A DNA stretch of 42,698 nt from Myxococcota bacterium (GTDB lineage Bacteria; Myxococcota; Myxococcia; Myxococcales; Myxococcaceae): the NCBI GenBank assembly GCA_049322255.1, contig JBMORE010000002.1:1-42698 (forward strand). The letters run 5' to 3'. The notes beneath the pieces are model-generated. The model saw only the letters and a list, made by a program, of their open reading frames with translations. It was not told where the DNA came from and searched no databases. Shown here one piece after another: positions 26,838-35,493 of this stretch. Each line of letters begins with the position of its first letter. Within the stretch, counting starts at the first letter, position 1. The position numbers and the translations under genes are program-made.

Positions 26838-26987
26838 GACCGCCCTGTCACGTCGCTGACGCGACCACCGTCTCGCACGGTGAACAGTCGTCTTCCGACA
26901 GGACCTTCGTTCCCCTAGCCAGCGCAAGAACGAAAATGAATTCAACAGGTTGTCGTTGGTTCTTTTTTTGAAGAAGCAACAGCCGCG

Positions 26988-28166
26988 ATGAGAGCGGCCC
27001 ATTCCCCAATTCCGATTGCTTCCCAAGCACGGGCTCCTCAGCCGTTCGCGAAGATCAAGCGGCTGGGGGTTCGAAGTTTGACGCGGGCGCACCTGGCCCT
27101 CTGCTCGAGGCCCACGCTGGCGTCCCAGATGAGGGAGGCAGTCCAGAAGGTCGCGACCGTTCTCTCGAATCCATTGGGTGGCACGGTGGAGCTCGAGGGC
27201 CGGGTGCTCGCAGCAACGACCAACCCCTTTGAGGTATTGGCGCAGCAGGCCGGCTTTGCGGTGCTGGAGCTTTCAGCGGTGGGGGCCAAGGCCGTTCTCG
27301 AGGTCGAGCTTCCGCTTCTGGTCGCGCTTCTCGAGCGCATCGCCGGCAGCTCAGAAGGCGCCGGGCCAGCGACGAGGCTCACGAGAATTGAAGAGGCCGC
27401 ATTCGGCTACCTGGTGCTTCTCAGCCTTTCCGCGCTGCGCCCCGTGGAGTTTATGGAGAAGCGGTTTGCTCCCCGGCTCATCTCGGTCCATGGCGATCGA
27501 GGTGAGGCGCTCGATCACATCGATACCACACCGCGCCAGATTGCCTTTGCGCTGACAGTGACTCTCGGTGAGGTGACAGGCTCGGCGCGTGTCTATGTCC
27601 CCGCCGCTGCCGTGCAGGCATCGGTCCAGGACGTTCCCGTTCATCAGGAGCTGCCCATCGCTTCCGAGGTGATGGCAGCAGGTCTGGTCGCCCGCGTTTT
27701 TGCAGGACGGGCGGCGCTCGCCCTCGATGACCTCATGGAGCTGTGCGAAGGCGACGTCGTCATGTTCTCGGGGCTGACGATGTCCGCGGGCCGGCTCAGT
27801 GGCCCAGGTCGCTTGGTGACGCGCACGTTCGAGCTCCACGGCAACTGCAGTGACAAAGGTTTCACCTTCTCTCGCGCGACGCTCCGCGCCTTTACCCAGG
27901 AGTCGATGATGTCCTCGAAGCACGATGTCGCCAATGAACCCACCCAGCAGCTCCCGATCGAGGTGGAAATCGAGCTGGCCCGGGTACGCCTCTCGGTGGC
28001 CGAGCTCGCCCAGCTTCAAGTGGGCGCGGTCTTGCCCCTGCACATCCATCTCGCCGAGCCGGTGATCCTGCGTGTCGGAGACCGCGAGGTGGCTCGTGCC
28101 GAGCTCGTCGACATCGAAGGCGAGGTGGGGACGCGAATCCTCGCGCTGCTGTCGAAAGAAAGGTGA
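26988..28166 (+). CDS. sctQ: T3SS cytoplasmic ring protein SctQ (FliM/FliN-like, tandem SPOA)
   Basis: LDDLMELCEGDVV and LPIEVEIELARVRLSVAELAQLQVGAVL..VARAELVDIEGEVGTRI. Confidence 0.88.
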   Translation: MRAAHSPIPIASQARAPQPFAKIKRLGVRSLTRAHLALCSRPTLASQMREAVQKVATVLSNPLGGTVELEGRVLAATTNPFEVLAQQAGFAVLELSAVGAKAVLEVELPLLVALLERIAGSSEGAGPATRLTRIEEAAFGYLVLLSLSALRPVEFMEKRFAPRLISVHGDRGEALDHIDTTPRQIAFALTVTLGEVTGSARVYVPAAAVQASVQDVPVHQELPIASEVMAAGLVARVFAGRAALALDDLMELCEGDVVMFSGLTMSAGRLSGPGRLVTRTFELHGNCSDKGFTFSRATLRAFTQESMMSSKHDVANEPTQQLPIEVEIELARVRLSVAELAQLQVGAVLPLHIHLAEPVILRVGDREVARAELVDIEGEVGTRILALLSKER

Positions 28167-28170
28167 CGTC

Positions 28171-28575
28171 ATGGAAGCGCTGCGCTCCCCCAAGCACAAA
28201 GTCATTTTGGTGTCGGTCCTCCTTCTGCTGCTTGCGTTTGCAGCGTCGCGAAACGGCATCGATGCGGGCGGAACGGCGCGATGGATTCTCGGCCTCGCTG
28301 CGGTGGTCGGAGGCGTGATGTGGTTTCGAAGGACCAGAAAGGTCAGCGCCCGGTTCCCGATTCCTACCCGCCTCGAGGTCGTCTCCAGGGTGGGGCTGTC
28401 GCCACGCTGCGGCTTGGCGCTCGTTTGCGCCGAGGGGCGCAGCTACCTCGTCGTGCATGGAGACGGGTACGCCGAAATCACCGAGATGCCCGCGGCGCAC
28501 AAGCTTCGGGCACGCCATGGTGCGCCCAGCGGACGCTCTTGTCGTCGTCTGCCGAGAAAGGAGGGGACGAGATGA
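28171..28575 (+). CDS. fliO: FliO-like protein
   Basis: N-terminal TM helices then RLEVVSRVGLSPRCGLALVCAEGRSYLV; sits between sctQ and sctR. Confidence 0.75.
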   Translation: MEALRSPKHKVILVSVLLLLLAFAASRNGIDAGGTARWILGLAAVVGGVMWFRRTRKVSARFPIPTRLEVVSRVGLSPRCGLALVCAEGRSYLVVHGDGYAEITEMPAAHKLRARHGAPSGRSCRRLPRKEGTR

Positions 28576-29234
28576 ATCCCGAAAGCTCTTTCGCCGGGCA
28601 GCCAGTTTCCATGCTGGGCCTGTTGGCTCTGATGGCCCTGGTGCCGTTCGCGGTGGTGATGCTCACCAGCTTCTCGAAGCTCGCAGTCGTGCTCTCCATC
28701 GCCCGCTCAGCGATGGGTACTCAGCAGGCTCCGCCCACCATCGTCCTCACCGGGCTCGCCGCCGTGCTTTCGGGCCACATCATGGCTCCGGTGGCGCAGC
28801 GCATGTACGACGCCGGCCAGCTCGCCTATCAGGAAGCCGGTTCGAGTGGGCAGGTGCTTGCTTCTGCGGCCCGCGTCGGCCAACCACTGCGTGAATTCCT
28901 CCTCAAGCACGGCAGCCCGGAGGAACGCGCCCGCTTCGTCGAGCTGGCGCGCGAGCTAAGACCGGCGGAGGAAGCAGAGCTGGTGAGCGAGGAGGATCTC
29001 GCCGTGGTGGTCCCCGCCTTCGTCATCACCGAGCTCAAAGAGGCCTTCCAGATCGGGTTCCTCGTCTTCTTGCCGTTCCTGGTGCTCGACATGCTCATCG
29101 CCAACATCCTTCTGGCGCTGGGCATGCAAACGCTCTCACCCAGCCAGGTCAGTCTTCCCTTCAAGGTTCTCCTCTTCGTCGCCGTGGACGGTTGGGCGCT
29201 CCTCGCCCGGGGGCTGATTCTCGGTTACCGGTGA
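28572..29234 (+). CDS. sctR: Export gate SctR (FliP family)
   Basis: MLTSFSKLAVVLSIARSAMGTQQAPP, PAFVITELKEAFQIG, FKVLLFVAVDGW. Confidence 0.95.
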   Translation: MNPESSFAGQPVSMLGLLALMALVPFAVVMLTSFSKLAVVLSIARSAMGTQQAPPTIVLTGLAAVLSGHIMAPVAQRMYDAGQLAYQEAGSSGQVLASAARVGQPLREFLLKHGSPEERARFVELARELRPAEEAELVSEEDLAVVVPAFVITELKEAFQIGFLVFLPFLVLDMLIANILLALGMQTLSPSQVSLPFKVLLFVAVDGWALLARGLILGYR

Positions 29235-29239
29235 TGGTG

Positions 29240-29509
29240 ATGACTCAGGACATGCTCATCGCGTTGGGCCGGGAAGCGTTGCTCCTCATGGTGCTGGCGT
29301 CGTTGCCACCCGTCGGGGCCTCGTTGGTGGTGGGCTTTTTGATGAGCCTTTTTCAGGCCACCACTCAGCTCCAAGAGAGCACCCTCACCGTGGTCCCCAA
29401 GCTGTGTGCCGCTGTGCTGGCCTTGGTGCTTGCCGGACCGTGGATTTCCTCCCAGCTGGCGCGCTTCACCACTCAGCTGTTGCTGGCGTTGCCGGAGGTG
29501 GCGTCGTGA
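29240..29509 (+). CDS. sctS: Export gate SctS (FliQ family)
   Basis: SLFQATTQLQESTLTVVPK, GPW; alternative start 29234. Confidence 0.93.
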   Translation: MTQDMLIALGREALLLMVLASLPPVGASLVVGFLMSLFQATTQLQESTLTVVPKLCAAVLALVLAGPWISSQLARFTTQLLLALPEVAS

Positions 29510-30297
29510 TTGCCGTGGAGCTCGGCAGGATCGTCGAGCTGTGGTTGCCCCACGTCGTTGGGGTGGCCCTGTGTGGCGCGCGCTTTTTGCCGGTGGCTTT
29601 TCTGTGTCCTCTCTTTGGCGGCGTGTCTGCTCCTACCACTGTACGGCTGGCCTTGGTGCTCACGCTGGCGATGGCCGTTCATCTCGCCGGCGGCGTCGGG
29701 GCTCCTCATGTGGACGGTGCGTGGAGCTTCGCCGGCGCGGCCGTGAGAGAGCTGCTCTTTGGCATCTCGCTGGGGCTCATCGCCTCGCTCCCATTCGACG
29801 CGGCGCGCATGGGCGGTCGCTTCATCGACCTGTTTCGCGGGTCGTCGGCGGAGGCGACACTGCCCGCCGCCGGCACCCAGGAGTCGGCCACGGGGGACGG
29901 CCTCTATCAGCTCCTGGTGGCATTGGCGGTCAGCTCTGCAGCTTTTCCGGCGGTGTTGGGCGGACTGTTCAAGAGCTTCCAGGTGGTGCCGCTGGGCGCT
30001 TTCGTCGCCCATGAGTCGGTGGCGATGACAGGGGTACGGACGGCCACGGCGGCGCTGACGACGGGGTTGGCTGTCGGAGCGCCCATCGCTGGCGCGGCAA
30101 TGGCCGTCGACTGCGTGCTCGGTTTTGCCTCTCGCATCGCCCCACAGATGAATTTGCAAGAGGTGGGTGCGCCGCTGCGCATTCTCGGCGGTGGAGCGGT
30201 GGTTTGGCTGAGCCTGGGCGTCTTGTGCGAACGGCTCCTCGGTGAGGTGCTGGGCTTGGAGCACATGCTCCACTCGCTGTCGGAGGCCGCGCGATGA
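29506..30297 (+). CDS. sctT: Export gate SctT (FliR family)
   Basis: ARFLP..PLFG, ELLFG, MGGRFIDLFRG, SRIAPQMN. Confidence 0.9.
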   Translation: MIAVELGRIVELWLPHVVGVALCGARFLPVAFLCPLFGGVSAPTTVRLALVLTLAMAVHLAGGVGAPHVDGAWSFAGAAVRELLFGISLGLIASLPFDAARMGGRFIDLFRGSSAEATLPAAGTQESATGDGLYQLLVALAVSSAAFPAVLGGLFKSFQVVPLGAFVAHESVAMTGVRTATAALTTGLAVGAPIAGAAMAVDCVLGFASRIAPQMNLQEVGAPLRILGGGAVVWLSLGVLCERLLGEVLGLEHMLHSLSEAAR

Positions 30298-31346
30298 GCC
30301 AGAAGACCGAGCAGCCGACACCCAAGCGGTTGGCGGAAGCGAGGAAGAAAGGAGAGCTGCCTCGCAGCCGCCTGCTTTCCGCATCGGCGGTCACCGCTGG
30401 CGCCGTGTTCGCAACCCTCGCCTTCGCCACGTCATCGGCACAACGCATCATGGACTGGACCCGCGCGCTGTTTTCCTCCCCCGACGTCTTGGCCCATGCA
30501 GCGCTGGGAGAGGCGCTGCTCGTCTTGGGGTGGGTGGTCGCCCCGGCGCTTTCCGGTGCGCTGATCGCCTCGATGGTCGTGTCGCTGGCCACGGTGGGCT
30601 TCCAGCTCAACCCGGGGTTGGTGGCACCCAAGCTCGAGCGTGTCGATTTCTTCGGTGGCCTCCGGCGCCTCTTTTCGGCACGCCGACTCGTCGATCTCGC
30701 CAAGGGGTTGCTCGTCGTCGCGCTCACCACCTGGCTCGTGTGGAGCGCGGTGATGGAGGCGGCACCCGCGGTGCTGCGGGCGGTGGTGCTGGAGGGCACC
30801 GGCTCGCTCGAGGTGGTGCTCGCGCAGGTTGGCCTTTTGGCGAAGCGCTGCGCCCTCATGGTCCTCGTTCTCGGGGTGGGCGACTTTCTGCTCGCCAAAC
30901 GGCGCCATCAGAAAGACCTGATGATGAGCCGTCGAGAAGTAGAGCAGGAGCACAAGAACAGCGAAGGCGATCCGCATCACAAGGCCAAGCGCAAGGCGCT
31001 CCACAAGCAACTGGCGAACGGTGGCGTGGCACGAGGGGTGCGCCGAGCCACCGTCGTGGTGGTGAACCCCACGCACATCGCGGTGGCGCTGCGGTACGAC
31101 GAGTCGGAATGCGATGCGCCCTACGTCGTCGCCAATGGCCGTGAGGAGGACGCGCTGAACATCCGCCGGGAGGCGAGGCAGCTGGGAATTCCGGTGGTGA
31201 AGAACGTGGGCTTGGCGCGCAGCCTCATTCACTACGACGTGGGCGAAGAGGTTCCCGAAGAGCTCTACAAGGCGGCCGCCGCGGTCCTCCAGGTGGCACT
31301 CGACGTGCGCGAGGCAGAGGCCAGCGCGAGGAAGGAAATGCCATGA
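30294..31346 (+). CDS. sctU: Export switch protein SctU (FlhB family)
   Basis: KTEQPTPKRL..ARKKG, MMSRREVEQEHKNSEGDP, NPTH autocleavage motif. Confidence 0.95.
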   Translation: MSQKTEQPTPKRLAEARKKGELPRSRLLSASAVTAGAVFATLAFATSSAQRIMDWTRALFSSPDVLAHAALGEALLVLGWVVAPALSGALIASMVVSLATVGFQLNPGLVAPKLERVDFFGGLRRLFSARRLVDLAKGLLVVALTTWLVWSAVMEAAPAVLRAVVLEGTGSLEVVLAQVGLLAKRCALMVLVLGVGDFLLAKRRHQKDLMMSRREVEQEHKNSEGDPHHKAKRKALHKQLANGGVARGVRRATVVVVNPTHIAVALRYDESECDAPYVVANGREEDALNIRREARQLGIPVVKNVGLARSLIHYDVGEEVPEELYKAAAAVLQVALDVREAEASARKEMP

Positions 31347-33385
31347 GCCAGCTCGAAGGCTTGCTGACGCGGGCGAAGAAGTCCTCCGACGTCGTGCTGG
31401 CGGTGGTGGTGGCCGCCATTTTGGGAGCGATGGTCGTCCCCTTGCCTCCGTGGCTCGTCGATGTCGGCATCGCCGTCAATCTGGTGGCGTCGGTGTCTCT
31501 GCTCGTGGCGGCGCTCTACGCGCAGAACGCTCTCAAGGTGGCGGCGTTTCCCACGCTGCTCCTGCTCACCACGCTTTTCCGGCTGGCGCTCAACGTCTCC
31601 TCGACCCGGCTGGCGCTCTCCGACGGGCACGCGGGCGACATCATTCAGGCGTTCGGCGAGTTCGTGGTGCGGGGTGACTACGTGGTGGGTGCGGTGGTGT
31701 TCGTCATCCTCACCCTGGTGCAGTTTTTGGTGGTGGCCAAGGGCGCCGAGCGCGTCGCCGAGGTGTCGGCCCGCTTCACCCTCGATGCGATGCCCGGCAA
31801 GCAGATGTCGATCGACGCCGACCTGCGCGCGGGGGCGATCGACCAGGCGCAGGCGCGCGCGCGGCGCAAAGAGCTGGAGCGGGAGTCGCAGTTGTTCGGG
31901 GCCATGGACGGGGCGATGAAGTTCGTCAAAGGTGATGTGGTCGCCAGTCTGGTCATCGTGCTGGTCAACCTCCTTGGCGGAACCGCGATGGGCGTCCTCC
32001 AGGGTGGGTTGGAGCTCGGTGAGGCCGCAGCGACTTATGCGCTCCTCTCCATTGGTGACGGGCTGGTTTCGCAGCTGCCCTCCTTGTGCATCGCGATCGC
32101 CGCCGGCCTGGTGGTGACGCGGGTGAACGCCGAGGCCGACGATGGGTCTTTGGGCGCGGAGATTGGCTATCAGTTCTTCGGACAGTGGAAGGCGCTCTTC
32201 GTGGTCGGAGGGTTGTCGATTGCGCTGGCGGCCGTCCCGGGGATGCCCGCTGTTACCTTCTTGCTCCTCGCGGCTGCGTGCGGAGCCGTGGGGTACGGGC
32301 TCAAGCTGCTCCACGAGCGAAGACAGAACGCGCCGGGGCAGCCTTCGTCCTCGCCGACGTCGGCGAGTCTGCAGGCAAAGTCGCAAGAGCCGGCCGTGGG
32401 GGTCTCCCCGCTGGTACTCGACCTGGCGAGCAACCTCACCGAGTGGGCGCAGGCCGACGGCGGCAAGCTCGTGCACGAGGACCTCCAGCGCCTCAAGGAG
32501 CAGCTCTTCTACGAGCTGGGCCTTCGGCTCCCCGGCATTCGCGTGCGCACCGGTGCGAGCTACCTGCCGGCGGGCGGCTACGCCTTGCAGATCGACGAGG
32601 TACCCTGCGGCAGCGGGCAAATCGTTCCCGGTGAAATCTACGCCCTCGCCGCGCCGAGCGACGTTTCCTCCCTCGGGTTCGATGTCCAGCCGGCGACCGA
32701 GCCGGTCTCGCTCAAGTCGATTTGCCGCCTTCCCGCGGAGGCGCGTCCACGGCTCGAGGCGGCACAGGTGGCGACCCGAACCGCCACGCAGCTGGTCACC
32801 GGTCATCTTGCCGCCCTCTTGCGCAAGCGGGCGGCGTCGCTTTTGGGCGTGCAGGAAGTGCAAGCGCTGCTCGAAGCGCTCGAGCCGGTCGCTCCTGCCC
32901 TGGTGAAGGAGGCCCTCCACAAGGTCCCGTTGCCGCTGCTCACAGACGTTTTGCGCCAGCTGCTCCGGGAGGAGGTCAGCATTCGCAACCTCCGCTGCAT
33001 TCTCGAGGCGTTGGTCAGCCCCACCACCGAGGGCGACGTCCACGCGTTGGCCGAGAAGTGCCGGCAGGCGCTGCACCACTATTTGAGCCACAAGTACGCA
33101 CCTGGCGGGCCGCTGTTCGCTTTTCTGGTCGACCCGGCGGTGGAAGAGGCGCTGCGGGAGGGGGGTGGCGAAGGGGCGCTCGACCCCGCCCAGGTGGGAG
33201 GCATTCTCGAGGGTGTGCACCGAATCGCCCAGGGGGGCCGCGCGGTGCTCCTGGCCTCGCCCGACGTCCGCCGGACGCTGCGCCGGCTCATCGAGGGGGC
33301 CTTCCCCGAGGTCGCGGTGCTCACCTACGGCGAGCTCGACGCGGACCTGCAAGTCAAGCCGATTGGGCGGTTGGCGGCGCTTTAG
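31343..33385 (+). CDS. sctV: Major export apparatus protein SctV (FlhA family)
   Basis: FPTLLLLTTLFRLAL, KGAERVAEVSARFTLDAMPGKQMSIDAD, GAMDGAMKFVKGD, GDGLVSQ, EVSIRNL. Confidence 0.96.
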   Translation: MSQLEGLLTRAKKSSDVVLAVVVAAILGAMVVPLPPWLVDVGIAVNLVASVSLLVAALYAQNALKVAAFPTLLLLTTLFRLALNVSSTRLALSDGHAGDIIQAFGEFVVRGDYVVGAVVFVILTLVQFLVVAKGAERVAEVSARFTLDAMPGKQMSIDADLRAGAIDQAQARARRKELERESQLFGAMDGAMKFVKGDVVASLVIVLVNLLGGTAMGVLQGGLELGEAAATYALLSIGDGLVSQLPSLCIAIAAGLVVTRVNAEADDGSLGAEIGYQFFGQWKALFVVGGLSIALAAVPGMPAVTFLLLAAACGAVGYGLKLLHERRQNAPGQPSSSPTSASLQAKSQEPAVGVSPLVLDLASNLTEWAQADGGKLVHEDLQRLKEQLFYELGLRLPGIRVRTGASYLPAGGYALQIDEVPCGSGQIVPGEIYALAAPSDVSSLGFDVQPATEPVSLKSICRLPAEARPRLEAAQVATRTATQLVTGHLAALLRKRAASLLGVQEVQALLEALEPVAPALVKEALHKVPLPLLTDVLRQLLREEVSIRNLRCILEALVSPTTEGDVHALAEKCRQALHHYLSHKYAPGGPLFAFLVDPAVEEALREGGGEGALDPAQVGGILEGVHRIAQGGRAVLLASPDVRRTLRRLIEGAFPEVAVLTYGELDADLQVKPIGRLAAL

Positions 33386-33709
33386 CTACAGCGCGCCGCC
33401 CGATTCGCTGCCCGGTGTCGCCTGTTGAGCGGGGGGCCGATTCACCCGGTCGCGCAGCTCTTTGCCGGTGCGGAACAAGAGGCCGCGCTTGGGCTTGACG
33501 GGGATGACTTGCCCCGTCTTGGGGTTACGGCCCTGGTAACCGGGGTAGTCCTTCACGTGAAAGGCGCCCAGCCCCCGAATCTCGATGTTCTCGCCGCGGC
33601 AGAGAGCGTCTCTCATCGAATCGAAGATGGTCTCGATGGTCGCTTCCGCCTGCTTCTGTGTCACCCCGCGCTTGGCGACCAAAATGTTGATCAAGTCCGA
33701 CTTGAGCAT
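33386..33709 (-). CDS. HU/IHF-family DNA-binding protein (IHF beta-like)
   Basis: MLKSDLI, IEIRGLGAF, GRNPKTG, FRTGKELRDRVN; AGGAG SD. Confidence 0.93.
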   Translation of the reverse strand: MLKSDLINILVAKRGVTQKQAEATIETIFDSMRDALCRGENIEIRGLGAFHVKDYPGYQGRNPKTGQVIPVKPKRGLLFRTGKELRDRVNRPPAQQATPGSESGGAL

Positions 33710-33752
33710 GGGCGCTCCTAAAACCCGCGAAATCAGGCCAGTTCGGAGCAAA

Positions 33753-33780
33753 ACCATAACAAATGGGCCCGCGGATGCAA
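33753..33780 (-). promoter_or_regulatory. Sigma70-type promoter for the IHF/HU gene
   Basis: Minus strand TTGCAT-N16-TATGGT with extended TGn. Confidence 0.5.
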
Positions 33781-33809
33781 CATCGCCAACCGTCCAACCC
33801 ATCAAGACT

Positions 33810-35156
33810 TCAGGAGTTTTTAGCGGTGGCGGTGGAGCGCGCAGGTGAAGCAGCCAAACGCGTCGCCAGTTGGGACCAGGTGACGGCCTTGAGCCGCGCG
33901 ATCGAGGCCTCGTCGACGTCGGCGAAGAGTTGTTCAACCTCTTGGAACTCCGACACTTTGGGCACCCATTCGGGCGTGGGCATCAGCTTGGGAACACCGC
34001 CTACTGCAGCCGAAAGGTCGGCAAGCGTGAGCTCGTGGGGCTCCCGGGCAGGCCGGAGGGCGCCGCGCGGGCCGAGGACCAAAAGCTGGGCGTCAACGAG
34101 CAGGCGGGCGACCTCGGCGAGCATCTGCTCCGGGACTCGCAGCCTGCGGGCGAGCGAGCGAATGGTGGGATAGCTCACCTTTTGCAAGTGCGCCGCCGCG
34201 GTGAGCTGAGCGAGGCGTGCACCCAGAAGCTCCTTGGTGCGAGGGTGGTGCACCAAGTCCATGAACTCGCCGCGGAAAGTGGCGTGCTCCACCGCGTACG
34301 ACAGACGGGCGCCGAGCAGCACGAGCAGCCAGCTCAAATAAATCCACATCAAAAAGAGCGGAGCGGCCGAGAGCGAGCCATAGATGGGGTTGGCCTTGAA
34401 GACGAGGACCGCGAAGCGCGCGTAGAGGTGCTTGGCGGCCTCCCACCCGACGCCGCCCACCAGGCCGCCGGCCAGCGCCGAGCGCCAGCGCACCGGGGCG
34501 TGGGGTGCCAGCTTGTAGATGAGGGTGAGCACCCCGACCGAGAGGGCGATCGAGCCCAGAATGATGAATTCGGCGGAGAAGGGAAAACCAGCGTCGACGA
34601 TGAGCCGGCGGATGGTGGCGGTGCCGATGAGCCACGCGCCTGCGACCACCGGCCCGAAGGTGAGCGCGAGGGCGTAGAGCCCGAAGCTCACCCACAGAGG
34701 GCGCGCGCGCTGCACCGCCCAAATCTCGTTGAGCGAGGCGTCGAGGTGGCGCAGGAGCATGCCCGCCGACGCCATGAGGAAGAAAAAGCCCAGGCTGCCC
34801 GCGGCGGTGGAGCTGGCCGAGTTGATGAACTTGTCGAGGAAGGCGGCCGACTCGTGCTGAATGCCCGGGGCGAGCAGGTCGCGGATGAAGGTGGTCAGTC
34901 GGAGGCGTAAGGCGTCTTGGTGCAACAGCTGGAGTAGCGCCAGCGCCACGGTGACCATCGGCACCAGCGAGAAGATGCTGATGAAGGTCAGGCTGCCCGC
35001 GCGCAGGTTGATGAACTCGCCGCGAAAACCGTGGATGACCCCGCGCAGCGCCAGGTAGGTGTCGGAGGCGAAGCGGCCGGCCCGGGTGGTGGCCAAAGGG
35101 GCCCAGGCGGCGAGGAAGGCCCGGGTCAACCGAGCGCGCAAGAAAGGGAGGGCCAA
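33810..35156 (-). CDS. yihY: YihY/BrkB-family membrane protein with C-terminal winged HTH
   Basis: RAGSLTFISIFSLVP, LNEIW, IYKLAP, IYGSLSAAPLFLMWIYLSWLLVLLGA; Rrf2-like tail PAREPHELTLADL. Confidence 0.88.
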   Translation of the reverse strand: MALPFLRARLTRAFLAAWAPLATTRAGRFASDTYLALRGVIHGFRGEFINLRAGSLTFISIFSLVPMVTVALALLQLLHQDALRLRLTTFIRDLLAPGIQHESAAFLDKFINSASSTAAGSLGFFFLMASAGMLLRHLDASLNEIWAVQRARPLWVSFGLYALALTFGPVVAGAWLIGTATIRRLIVDAGFPFSAEFIILGSIALSVGVLTLIYKLAPHAPVRWRSALAGGLVGGVGWEAAKHLYARFAVLVFKANPIYGSLSAAPLFLMWIYLSWLLVLLGARLSYAVEHATFRGEFMDLVHHPRTKELLGARLAQLTAAAHLQKVSYPTIRSLARRLRVPEQMLAEVARLLVDAQLLVLGPRGALRPAREPHELTLADLSAAVGGVPKLMPTPEWVPKVSEFQEVEQLFADVDEASIARLKAVTWSQLATRLAASPARSTATAKNS

Positions 35157-35157
35157 G

Positions 35158-35493
35158 TTACCGGCGAACGAGGATGCGCTCGATGAGCTGCCGTGAGTAG
35201 CTGCTCAGCTCGGTGAACACCACCCCCATGCCCGCTTTTTCGCCCGAGCCCACCGGGACCGTGCGCACGACTTCGCCGACGCCTTCGATGGTCTCCAGCT
35301 CCTCCATGATGACGGTGAAGCGCAAGGTCACCTGGGTACCCACCGGCAGGGGGTCATCGGAGCGAATGAACACACCGGTGCGCGAGAGGTTGGTCACGTA
35401 CTCGGCGATGAAGTCGTCGACCGAGGCGAACTCTTTGTTGATGGTCCTGCGAACCTGGGACCTACGCTCGGCGGGGACGGGAGGGACAGTCAT
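35158..35493 (-). CDS. PilZ domain protein (myxobacterial TIGR02266 type)
   Basis: RSQVR, FASVDDFIAEYVTNLSRTGVFIRS..PVGT, GMGVVF. Confidence 0.88.
   Translation of the reverse strand: MTVPPVPAERRSQVRRTINKEFASVDDFIAEYVTNLSRTGVFIRSDDPLPVGTQVTLRFTVIMEELETIEGVGEVVRTVPVGSGEKAGMGVVFTELSSYSRQLIERILVRR

Noticed and set aside
26838..26987. c-di-GMP or other known riboswitch
   Set aside because: I could not find the conserved GEMM motifs by eye; an Rfam/Infernal scan would settle it
24730..33385. Flagellar gene cluster
   Set aside because: No fliF, fliG, flg, fliC or mot genes; the ring protein is a short SctJ lipoprotein and SctR lacks the FliP signal peptide
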